Assembly: GCA_030390025.1 (NCBI GenBank)
Contig: CM059433.1
Coordinates: forward strand, 25,670,001 to 25,734,000
Reading direction: 5' to 3'
DNA: 64,000 nucleotides
Source of the DNA: Squalus acanthias
Taxonomy: Eukaryota
Shown piece by piece: positions 12,401 through 23,600 of this stretch (position 1 is its first letter; every line of letters starts with the position of its first letter). The position numbers and the translations under genes were made by a program. The notes below the pieces were generated by a model. The model had not been told where the DNA came from and did no database searches. It saw only the letters and a list, made by a program, of their open reading frames with translations.

Positions 12401-15400
12401 TGTTCGATTTATCATCAGGAGCAAAACCATTGAGCAGAGAAACATTAACGCAAGAGTTGCAATGAATGAGCAGGGCACTAAATAACTGCGGGAATAATGT
12501 AATCACCGCCGTTATCGACTCGGACTTAGTTATCATCTGCCACAGCCCACAAACAGCAGCCAGGGATTCAAGGTTGAATACTGTGGCGCTTTCTCACTGA
12601 CAGGTTCTGCTCATTGCAAATGGTAACTGCTTTTTCAGTGTGTCCAGCAGCTCTCCCATTGTACTCATGGCACATTCTGTGTCCTCAACCAGTGATCTCC
12701 ACATGTCACTGATGTACTTGTCCAAAGGGACAGGGTAGTTGAGGAGACAGGCACAACAGTTGCTGTGTTGTGTGAGCCAGAATGGCGATACTACACAGAG
12801 CTGAAAGTTTCACCTGCTCATAAGGAATTGACTGCAATTGAAGCCTCAGCACTTCAAGGATCTCCGAGGCCTGGTCCCCAAGTTCACTGCCTCGTCTATT
12901 AACGGTGGTTTGCATGAGAACAGCGGCTGCATTGGAATAGCTGGGGTGTTGGTCGGACAGTCCTTTGAAGACCATGAAGAGTAAGTTGCCCAGTTGGTCA
13001 TGTGGCAAACATTTGGAAATGACCTCTGTGATTTGAGAGCATGATTGAAAGAGGACTGAAGTGTCAGGGTTAACTAACTGTTCTCTGACTCTTTTCAGTC
13101 CCTCTAACTGCTCCGTTTGCTGAACCAGGTTGGTGCCTTCACACGATAAATGAATGGCCAGGATTATGTACAAAGTGTCCAGGGACATCTGTCAAACGGG
13201 AAGCGATGGGTATGCACAACGCGGCATCAGTCATCCAATCAGAGTCCCCGTGTTAATTTCAGGCGCTACATTACAAAGATTGAGCTTCCTCCAGTGAAGT
13301 TTCAGAAGCTCCAAGGTCGTTTCCATGGTTCTCTCTCGTTCATAGTCTTTTGTTGAAATGATCCGGGCTTCTACATGATCGAAAATGACCTCAAGTCCTT
13401 GAGGGGACAGGTCCTGAAATGATATTTGCTTCAGAAGATTTTGCAGCAAATCTGTGATTTGGGTATAAAGTGTCGCCCATTCCTTTGTATTATCATTTGT
13501 GTCCAGGTCATTGTTCAGTTCTGGAGGTACCAAGCCGAAAGTACTGGTCAGGCAGCTTTGAATCAATTGGCAGGTGTCAGCTTGGTTTGTTTCAGTGTGT
13601 AGTTGCACAAGATGCGTGCAGGCGTTCATGACTAACTATCGAACAGGTCTCCGCCTCGATAAGATCCAGCATGTATGTAAGCAGCACCCTGTTTCTGATA
13701 AATTGATGGGAATTTTCCAGAGATTTAAATATAGGGATCTGGCTATCTGAGTCACAGCCTGTATTAGGCTGAGCTTTAGAGTGAGATCCCTGGATTCAGC
13801 CTTTATCCCCTGCCTACTTGTAATTAAATGACTAACAGCTGCCAGAATGTGGCTCTTGATGTTGAACAGCAGTTCCTCAGGTGCACAGACTGCCATGCTC
13901 CCTTCACACAGAACCAGTGTGCTCTTGACTTTATCAGATTCCTCCTTGAGCCTAAATCTGTTGGAGTTAGCAAACTCCTCCAGGCTACTGAGCGTATGAT
14001 CAAAATGTGCCTTGGCACAGAAACCAATGATGAGGGCTGCTCACTCTCTCTCCGCACTCTCACTGTGCTGCACACTCAGTAGCATTTGGTGAAGCTCCTC
14101 CTTTACGTTCTTAGTGTGGGTCTGGCGCAAGAGATTTATATAGAAAGCCCTTCTCTTGTGGGGAATGATGGTTAGTGTTGATCTGTTTTGATATTTCATT
14201 AGCGAGCTGACATGTCCATTCCTCGTCATCAATCGTATTTAAAGCTAGGCACAAGACCGCCAATAATTTGTTCTCCCATTTCAACTGGGACAGAGACTCC
14301 TCTGAATTTTCCAGTAAATGGTCAACTAATGGTGCAAGCTCCTCTTCCCACCACCTCACTGATTCTGGGAGGATATTGAGACTCAGGACTTTCAGCACAC
14401 TCAGTGCTGCAGCTCCTCGGCCTCCTCCGTGATACGGGCAACAAGTCACAATGAGGAACCGGGTTAGCAGTGCCTGGGCTTTAGGGAGATTGGCATCTTC
14501 ATTGTAAGTAAGGGAAAAACCTTCACTACCGGCTCGCAGCTTCTTTTTCCCAATATGTGCTGAACAACTACAGATTATTGTTAAATCCTTGGTGTTCTGG
14601 GTCACAGTGACAAACTCCAGTAAGGATGGCCAAAGGACATCCTCCATCTTCACTGCAGTTGTGATCAAACACATCACTCTTTCACATAGTATGACTAATT
14701 CTTCATCTGTTACTGGGTCTGGCTGATGATTGGGTGGTATCAGGGTCCCTGAACCAACTGGTACAGCACACTGTTGGATGAGGAATTACACCTTTGCCAA
14801 TCCTCCCTCTGGCTCAAGGTAACCTTGCTGGGCCATGACACATATTACCTGGGCAATTAACTTCTTCTCCTGATTGCTGTTCTTGTCTAGAAGTACTGGT
14901 TTTATTGCAAACACAACCTGAGCCATGTTCCTCTCCAAGTGTGATGAAGTGATGAAGTGCTTTTGTACAGTGAGTGTTCCTACTCTCATTTGTTGGTCAG
15001 CGTTCTCTAACTGAGATAAGAAAAATTCCACCATTTTGTCTGCATAAGCTGGGGCCAGAACTCTGAAACAGCGAAGGATCTCAGTCTGGTTCTTCACAGC
15101 AAGATCATCAGTAGACTCCAGCGAAACACAAATCTGCTGGTGGAGCTTGTTAAGCAGGATGTCCATTTGTGTTTTTAGCCCGAGACACTTTATCTCTGTC
15201 ACAACATCCATCTCATGCAGAAATGCACAGTTTGTACCGCTTTGCTGTATTTTGTCCACCCCTGGGTTTCTGTGTTGTCATGGTTTTCATTGTGAGGCAG
15301 GGTTAAATAACTTCTCAGTTGTGATGAGGTCATGGGTCATGTGCCCATATAAGTCCTGCCAGATGTTTGTGGCAGTTTAAGGTGGGTGGTGGGGGTTAAG

Positions 15401-15720
15401 GCCCAGACCTGAGATACAGACCATACGGACAAGGCAACATTCGCAACCTATAGCAGCCATATTGGATTGAGCAGCTGTTTGTTCCTAATAAAGAACTCAC
15501 AGCACCATAGACACTCAGAGTACTTGTGGAAAAAGATGTAGAAATGGGAGTGTAGGACAGAACTTTCCAGCAGAATTGCCCCAAATTGGGAGGTTCATTG
15601 TCAGAGATTGAAGCTGCTTAATGACGTCATCAGGAAGTTGCTGTGACATCAGAGCGGTCCGGTGTGACATCAGAGCGGTCCATTGTGACATTTGTTCCAC
15701 TCGTCTCTCCTTTAAACCCT
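9455..15720 (-). pseudogene. MROH1: MROH1-like processed pseudogene, copy 2 (split by LINE 10573-12198)
   Basis: ORFs 14786..15259, 14111..14677 (MEDVLWPSLLEFVT...QEKGFLYK), 13231..13629, 12706..13188 and 10189..10467; collinear HEAT-repeat fragments without introns. Confidence 0.8.
10573..12198 (+). mobile_element. CR1-group LINE, 5'-truncated and internally deleted
   Basis: KAMGPDNIP...NYRPISLLSIISK, GVPQGSVLG, FADD; internal deletion at ~12010 compared with the copy at 41299-45010. Confidence 0.85.
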
Positions 15721-15722
15721 TG

Positions 15723-16615
15723 GGGGTAAAAATTAGGTCGCGCCCCATTTGGGGCGCAAATATCGTCTGGACGCAAATATTAGCGCCCGGCGCTAATTAT
15801 CGCCACTGACTGGAAACTTCACTTTTACCGCCCCGGGAGGTGAGTGGAGCGCTAAATCAGGCGCTGCACACCTGTCTTAAGGCGCAAAGGCCAAGGAGTG
15901 AGGCACTAACTCAGAGCGCTGGCGAAGCTCATGTAATGTCAGTCAGCAATGGAACACACACACAATGGCATGGGCCAGTTCTTAAAGGGGATGGTTAATC
16001 TTGCTTTCCATCCACATCCTGTTCATTGCAGCCTTGAATCTCGGCCTGGAGAGACTTGCACATCAAATGTGCTGGAAAGAACAATGGAGAGTACCAGGCA
16101 AAGAGCTCAGAGTGCAGCTCCCACAGTCTCTGCTAAATCGAATCAAGGAATGGCAAATCAAAATGAACCTGCAAAGTGCTGCTCAGTACCCAAAACTCCT
16201 TCACACAACGTTGAATCTCTCCAGAAGTCTCTCCCTCTCTCTCTCAGAATGCGTAGTTCAAAAATGCCACCAACAATAAAAGACAGGAAGAGGCCCCCTT
16301 TAAATAGCGCCCCCCCCAGCCCCACAGCGATTGATAGCGTTCCAGTCTTCTGGTCATTGCTAGCGTCAGGCGGTAAGGCAGGGGGCGCCACTCAATTTCC
16401 GCTCCGGGGCGCCACAAGGGCGTTGCACCATGGAATGACGTCACAATCTGCGCGCGCAGGTGGTCGCAGCGGTAAAGTTTAGCGCCGCCGCACAATGTCT
16501 AGTTAAGTTCCCGAGCGGCGCAAACATCGCTGCACCCGGGCGTTAGCGGCTTTGCGCCCCATTAGCGCCCTCTTAAGGCGCTAACGGGAGGCGCAACCAA
16601 CTGAATTTTTACCCC
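15723..16615. mobile_element. Non-autonomous DNA transposon (MITE), PIF/Harbinger-like
   Basis: TIRs GGGGTAAAAATT...AATTTTTACCCC; 3-bp TSD TTG (15720-15722 / 16616-16618); empty site aaacccttgttgtc in other units (e.g. ~61172). Confidence 0.8.
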
Positions 16616-17755
16616 TTGTTGTCTATTGCCTACCACCCCAGATTTCTCACCCACAAATCCTCCCTGTTTTCCTCCTTCAGCCTCTGCACTCAGTGACTCC
16701 TCATCCTCGGTCATTTCAATCTCCATCTCAACTCCCCGTATCCTTTTTCCTCCGATTTTACTGCCCTCCTGTTGTCCCTTAAACACTCCTACCCATCACG
16801 TCCACCCCTCTACTTTGCCATCTCTCCTGGCCTCACTACTTGCATGGTCTCAATCACTGACAAGGCCATGTCTGACCATTGATTTTATCACCCGTAACCC
16901 CCCCCATCACCTTCCAACCTTATTTTCATCTGAGTCCACACCTGCAAAAAAACCTCTTACAGGAAGATACGTACATTAGGAACAGAAGGAGGCCATTCAG
17001 CCCCTTGGGTGTGCTCCGCCATTCAATTAGATCATGGCTGATCTGTACCTCAACTCCATTTACCAAACTTTACTCGATATGCCTTCATAACCTTCCCAAA
17101 GAAAAAGCTATCAATCTGATTTCACTGATCAATGATTCATGTCACACCATTATGTAGCACCTATTCAGATAGAGGTCTGTACTGTAGAATTCGCAATTAT
17201 CGCGATTTGATTAATAAGGAGAAAACACAAAGTTTCGTTCAAACAGCTTTTATTTCAGCAGAATGCTGTCAGGTTTAAATTGGACACAAGCAGCCTGTAA
17301 AATGGCCACCGCACCGCGTGACAGAACATTCTAGACTTTTCAACAGGCAGACAAGATGGCGTTCCAATACACATTTTTGCAAGATCGATAACGATTCAGC
17401 ACAGTGAAGATAATACCCGAGACATTATGGGTTTACAGTATAAACATAGATACTGAAATCGGTCTCCCAGGTACAAAGGAAAGCCATTGCACCGAGTAAT
17501 CAAGGGCCCATCCAAAGGACATTAATATGTAAACTCCCAACGGCTCTACGATGAGAGAGCCGTTAGCAGGTAGTTATACAGGACACTTGGAAGCCCCAAA
17601 CCCCTCCAGGGAGAACACCGACCGATTTAACAATGGGAGAAATATTAACAGGTACTCAAACATTCATGAGTAGCCCCGAAACCCATTAAGAACGGAGATC
17701 ACCCATACAGGACATTTGGGCGCCAAACCTTAAACAAAAGAATGGACATTATAGT

Positions 17756-17820
17756 TGGGCGGGAAACGGAAGATTTTGCACTATAATTGCAGGCCCCAAA
17801 CCGTCCACTCTCGCTCTTGC
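17756..17820 (+). promoter_or_regulatory. Putative LTR core promoter (GC box, TATAA, pyrimidine-rich initiator)
   Basis: gggcggg, TATAA at 17782-17786, then ccgtccactctc ~20-25 nt downstream; same arrangement in the sister LTR (TATAA 63116-63120). Confidence 0.55.
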
Positions 17821-18600
17821 TGCTTGCCTCTTGTCCTTGCTTTTATCATCGTGGCTGCTCCTGTGTTTTATCCGGTCGATTCGTAACCTCGTGGCTGCTC
17901 CTGTGTAAAAGACTGTTGAACTTTCTGATCCGTTCGGATCTACCTCGTGTCGCGTAACGAAGACCTATGTTGGTAACTGGCAGCGGAACCAAAGGCCCGA
18001 GATGAGATGAGATGAGATGAGATGAGAGGAGAAGAGAAGAAGACCATATCCATCGCCACGGTCAGTAAATCCCGACCGCGCCTGTAGGTCGATCAGCCAA
18101 GTCTTCTCGACAGGAAGTTTTCTTCGTTAAACTTTTAACAAGACATATTGCATCAACGATAACTGGACTGTGCAAACACATCGTATCAGTGATATTGACA
18201 ACGGGACTCCTCAACTAAACTGTGAAGTCAACCAACAGAGGTCTTCACCACAGCGGACGGTCCAGCCGACTAGCCGAGCAGCAGAAGCAGTAAACAAGTG
18301 GGACCAGGAGATCTCCTGACCGACACATGGGTGCTGCGGTGAAATACATCCGATCAGCTATTCGGGATTTCTCCGAGTTATTACGAGTGGTGAGCATGAG
18401 TCTCGAGATCCTACGAAGCTAGTTTTAGGATAGATATTGATAGGGGAGGGGTTAAAGATTAAGGATATTTGTAATGTGTGCCCTATTTACGTTGTGCTGG
18501 TCGTTCCTCGTTTCCCTAAGAGTGATTATAACCGTTTGTAAGATTGTACTGTCATTAATCTGTGCGTATGACATGTATTTCATAATTTTAAGTATCATGC

Positions 18601-18606
18601 AATAAA
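18601..18606 (+). terminator. LTR polyadenylation signal AATAAA (3' LTR copy at 29632-29637)
   Basis: atgcAATAAAgattttccatttcg, conserved in the sister LTR at 63915-63920. Confidence 0.6.
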
Positions 18607-18852
18607 GATTTTCCATTTCGTACCATTCAAACCAAGTCTACATGAGTTTTATCTCCATTACTGCTCTCGCATCTAAGTCCAGTGTCTAGAACCGTAAGGG
18701 AGAGTGATTCGAACCACTCACAGGGGTGTCTAGTGTTCCCAGACTGGCTGGAGACCAGGCCTAGACCCGCACTGACATACAGGCTGCACAGAGCCGCGTG
18801 AATCTCACAGGCTACGAGACACGCAGGGTCAGGAGAGAATCCCTTACAGAAA

Positions 18853-20664
18853 ATGGCGACCGCGGCAGGACACTGGCAGCGAGAGGGTAGTGTGTTAGAT
18901 TTTGGAATGACTGTACGAAATGTTATGCAGGAAAAGATAGCGGATTACGTGTTTGGAAAGGTTAATCTAACTAAAAAGTGGATAAGCGAATTGTTAGCGG
19001 ATAAGAACCCACTAGAGGCAGCTGAAAGGTGGACTGATAGTAAGGAGCATAAAAAGGCAGTTGAGAAAGCAGTCTGGCTTATGTGCTACAAAAGGCAGGT
19101 TCAGATTTCAAACCAGACCAATACAGCGCTAACAGCTCGAATCAAGCATTTAGAGGAGGAAATGGAGGAGAAGGTTTCTGGAGGGGAGGTGCTCATTAAG
19201 AGTTTAAATGAGTTACGCCAGGAAAGCCAGGAAGTCTCCAGTTACCTTAAAACAAGGGTAGAGTATCTCGAGTGCCAGATCACTGAAGCAAAATTGAACG
19301 AGAGTAGGATGAAGGAAAGATGTAACCGCCAAGCTGCCCAGATAAGAACTCAAGAAGAGAGCTTAATGGGGGTTAGGTCGGCGTATAAGTTGGCCCTTGA
19401 GGATAAGTTTCAGGGAGCCGACCATAGCGCCTGCCAAAAAGAGATAGAGAGCCTCAAAAAGGCCGTGAATAATGCGAACGGCATGGTGTGCCTTATCAAT
19501 CCGTCGGCGCACCAGCCGCTAGTAAATGAGAGATTTAGAAATTCCCCACCAAGTAAAGCAGAAGAAGTAGTAGCCACTGCGCCCTCCGCGCCACCCAGCT
19601 ATTCAGAAACCTGGGTTAGGGAGGAAGCAACGGAAGAAACAAAAGAGCCCGTTGAAAAGGAAGTAGGAAAGGGATCGTTGTATCCAGTAACGGGGATTAA
19701 AAGGGGCCCAAGCAGAAACGGTGGGGAAGAACCGGGGGATCTCCTCGGACAGCTGGTGTTGCCTCACAGTTCACATCAGCTGAGAGCCATGATAAACCAC
19801 GTAAGGAAGCTGACCGAGATAGACGACCCTTCCGTACATTTCAGGGAAGTTGAGCAAGCCGCAGCCATTAACGGCTGCGATGATGGGGAGACAGCAAAAA
19901 TGCTGCTGTTCTCATTAGACAGCTCGGTCCTTCAGTGTCTCTCAGGCGAGAGCAAGAGGGGAAACAAAAGTTATGAGGAATTGAAAAATGAGGTCCTAGA
20001 AGTAGTGGGAGCGAACGACGGAGGTCCGTTTGCTAGAGTGGGACAGACAGTGCAGATGGAGGGAGAACCCCCGAAGGTTTTTGCCGACAGGCTGTGGCCA
20101 GTATATGAGCGCAGCTGTCTAGGTGCGCCCGAGCGCGAAGATGTGGAAGGCGCCGCTTTAATTCATTGGCTTAGGTGCATAATAGCCAACAGTTTACCAG
20201 CCGTTAGAGAGCAGGCAAAAGCCTGGTTCGATCCCAATGACCTCAACCTTACGGAAGAGTCGGTCTTGAATCGACTCACGTTAGGTTATCGTAACATAAG
20301 GGGTATGACGACACGTCCCTTTAAGGGAAGAGTACATGAGGTACGACCCGCAGCCCCAGCTCAGAGAGAGTGGCATCAGGAGGGTAATCGCGCCCCACAG
20401 GCAAATAATGCATGTTACGGGTGTGGGAAGACAGGGCACTGGCGCAAGCACTGCAGGAACCCTTGGAAGGATTCCAAGGATAAAAATCCCGCGGTCCGAG
20501 CCCAGGCGCCTGTCCCGCCTAAGGAAGCAAAGGCACCCACCTCTCCCGAAGACCTCGAAGCAGTGTTAGGAGTCATGCGCAAGATGGTTTTGAATGCGCG
20601 TGGACAGGTGGCGGTCGCAACCGGCCCCGTAGGTGCCGCAGGACCGTCTAATAGTGCCCCATGA
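18853..20664 (+). CDS. gag: Gag polyprotein (603 aa): coiled coil, PSAPPSY late domain, capsid-like region, CCHC zinc knuckle
   Basis: CYGCGKTGHWRKHC at 20413-20454; PSAPPSY at 19582-19602; lies between the PBS and pol. Confidence 0.9.
   Translation: MATAAGHWQREGSVLDFGMTVRNVMQEKIADYVFGKVNLTKKWISELLADKNPLEAAERWTDSKEHKKAVEKAVWLMCYKRQVQISNQTNTALTARIKHLEEEMEEKVSGGEVLIKSLNELRQESQEVSSYLKTRVEYLECQITEAKLNESRMKERCNRQAAQIRTQEESLMGVRSAYKLALEDKFQGADHSACQKEIESLKKAVNNANGMVCLINPSAHQPLVNERFRNSPPSKAEEVVATAPSAPPSYSETWVREEATEETKEPVEKEVGKGSLYPVTGIKRGPSRNGGEEPGDLLGQLVLPHSSHQLRAMINHVRKLTEIDDPSVHFREVEQAAAINGCDDGETAKMLLFSLDSSVLQCLSGESKRGNKSYEELKNEVLEVVGANDGGPFARVGQTVQMEGEPPKVFADRLWPVYERSCLGAPEREDVEGAALIHWLRCIIANSLPAVREQAKAWFDPNDLNLTEESVLNRLTLGYRNIRGMTTRPFKGRVHEVRPAAPAQREWHQEGNRAPQANNACYGCGKTGHWRKHCRNPWKDSKDKNPAVRAQAPVPPKEAKAPTSPEDLEAVLGVMRKMVLNARGQVAVATGPVGAAGPSNSAP
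18854..18871 (+). other. Putative primer-binding site (TGGCGACCGCGGCAGGA, tRNA-Ser-like?)
   Basis: TGG-initiated segment 5 nt after the LTR end; tRNA identity not verified. Confidence 0.6.
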
Positions 20665-23600
20665 CTAGAACCAGCACAGCCCGTCTACCTGTGTCCGCTC
20701 AGCTATGATGCGTGGAGGCGACCTGTGGTGGAGATGGAGGTAGAGAAACAGAAGGGCAGTTATTTGTTGGATACGGGAGCTTCTTGCACCATAATCCATA
20801 CAGATGACCCTTTTGACTCGCCGCTATCTACCAAGGTCCCATTCACGCTAGCAGGGTTCACAGGGAAAGAACAGGCTGGCACGTTTTCCCTCCCGCTATC
20901 CATTCGTTTAGGAACACTTCGCCTTAAGTGGAAGTGTATACTGATGGCATGGCAAAAGGGGGGTGGAAGAGGTATTCTCGGGTCCGATCTCCTAGCGGGA
21001 CACGGGATCCTCGTGGACCTCAGAAATCACTGTCTCTGGGGGGCTAAAGGTGAAAAAGGCGAGGTAATGGTAATTCAAGGGGAGGAAGAAACAGGGGTCC
21101 TGTGTACCGTACAGCCATCCGGAGGCTACGACCTCAGGCTTATGGTCGCAGATGTCCCAACGGACATGCAAACGTACGTGACAGATAATATGCACGCGTT
21201 TGCAACCCACAAGCACGATTGTGGGAGGGTGGTCGGGTTTGAGGTCAGCGTAGATGGGGACCCCATGACCCGACCCCAAAAGCAGTATAACTTCCCCAAG
21301 GAAGCAGAACCCGATATGGAGGCAGCAATGTCTTCCTTGGTGCAGCAGGGCGTGTTGAGGCCGATAGCCACACACGTGAACTCCCCATTATGGCCGGTTA
21401 GGAAGCCGGATAATTCGTGGAGAGCCACGGTGGACTACAGAGTCCTTAACAGTAACATTCCCGCCTGCGCGCCCACAGTAGCAGCAGTTGCTGACCTAAT
21501 AGGGAGCATCCCAGCGTCCGCGACCACGTTCACGGTGCTGGATATCTCGAACGGTTTTTGGTCCATCCCGCTGCGGCGAGAGGACCAGTACAAGTTTGCC
21601 TTTACGTTTAAAGGGCAACAGTACACGTGGAACTGTTTGCCACAGGGTTTCCACAATAGCCCCAGTATTTTTCACCAGTGTATGGCAGGAAGTTTAAAGG
21701 AGTTTAGTCAGCCCAATCAGATAGTACAGTATGTGGATGATTTGCTCCTATTTACGGACTCAAGGGAGGAGCACGGACCACTACTGGACGAGTTATTGGA
21801 GCTGTTAGCGAGAAAGGGTTTTAAAGTAAACCCAAAGAAAGCACGTATCGGTCAGCAGGAAGTAAAATTCCTGGGACTGACCCTACGCGCTGGGGAAAGA
21901 GCCATAGACAAAGCAAGGAGGGAGTCGGTGCAAGAATTACCGATTCCCAACAACGTAAGGGGTGTGAGGTCCTTCTTGGGACTGACCGGTTACTGCAGGG
22001 ATTTTATCGAAGATTATGCGGCCACAGCGGCGCCGCTCCTCCGACTCCTCCATAAGGGAGTGGAGTGGTCTTGGGACGAGGGCTGCCAAGCAGCCTTCGA
22101 GAAGTTAAAAAGGGATCTGCAGACCGCGCCAGCCTTAGGGGCCATAGATGGGGGGAAGGAGTTTTTCCTGGAGGTAGCTGCCAGCGGGGACAGCTTAAGC
22201 GCCGTGCTGCTCCAAGAGCGTCACGGCAAGCTGAGGCCGGTTGTCTATTCATCCAGGGTATTAACGGATGTGGAGAGAAGTTTTTCCAATTGCGAAAGGC
22301 ACCTTTTAGCCACGCATTGGGCTGTGAAAAGATCAGCGATCTTCACAGGGCTCTCTCCCATCACTCTCCTCACACATCACACACCAACTAAGATGCTTCT
22401 GGATGGGAGGATTAAAGACGGGACCGTAAGCAGCGCACGCATTGCGCGTTGGACCCTTCTTCTCTCCCAGTTGGATCTTAGAGTAAAAGGTCTTTGCGAG
22501 CCCAGGCTTGCGGCCAATTTGGTATACCCCGGTACAGCCCACCGATGTTCGGTGGAAGGGGTGTGGGACGTCAACATAGGTTTGCGGGCCGGGATACATC
22601 CCACTGGGCGCGAGATTTATGTTGATGGGTCTAGCACAGTATCTGCTGGCGAGCGACTCACAGGGTGTGGAGTTTATGACCCTGCGGCAGACCTTGCCCT
22701 GGCGATCAAGCTCCCTAGCACCATGAGCGCGCAGCAAGCTGAGCTGTCTGCCGTGGTGTACATGGTGACCCACCCAGACATTTTCCCAACCCCATACACG
22801 ATTTGCTCGGACAGTATGTTCACCTGCAATTCGTGTACGGAATACCTGGCCATTTGGTCCCGCCGCGGATACACCTCCGCGGACGGGCGACCTTTAACGG
22901 TAAAGCCCTTGCTGGAAAAGATCTTAGCAGCAGCAGTAGGGGAGGAAGGGGAGATTTTCATCCATAAGGTGAAAGCTCACTCCTCCGCAGAGCCCCGTGG
23001 GGAGGGCAACCGGCAGGCGGATGCGCTAGCCAGGGAGGGTGCCCGCGACGGCACTTTCTGGAACCCCTATAGGACCGGACCCATAGCAGCGGTCCGAGGC
23101 GGGGACGGGAATACCGGGAACACCAGGGTAGCATTGCCCCTAGACCTTAAGACCGTCCAAGCCCAGGATCCCGCCCTAAAAGCAGTCCTAAAAACGATTG
23201 CTGAGGGGAGGCAGGTAGAAGGTCCGTACAGTACGGCAACCCTCTCAGTTAAGGAAGGCATGCTGTTCCGCGGGGAGCAGTGGGTTGTGCCGCAGCAGCA
23301 CAGGAGGGAATTCCTCCAGTTGGCTCACGAGGGACCAGGGGCAGGGCACCCCGGGCCCGAGGTTACCTGGCAACGGGTAGAGCAAGCGGGATGGTGGCCA
23401 GGGCTCAGGGAACAAGTCCGCGAGTTCTGCGCTAACTGTCTTGTGTGCGCTGCAAACAACCCAGACCCCCAGAAGAGGAAGGTGCCCATGGGACACGTAA
23501 GAAGGGTAGAGGGACCATGGCAGTCGATACAGATCGACTATATAGGACCCCTGCCCACCACCCAGGGAGGTTATAAGTACTGCCTCGTCCTGGTGGATGT

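Larger units (their letters stand above)
17183..18848 (+). repeat. 5' LTR (1666 bp)
   Basis: Starts TGTAGAA, ends CTTACA; direct repeat of 28214-29879. Confidence 0.95.

Noticed and set aside
15949..16482. 177 aa ORF within the MITE as a transposase
   Set aside because: No DDE or Myb motif visible; too short; likely a chance ORF
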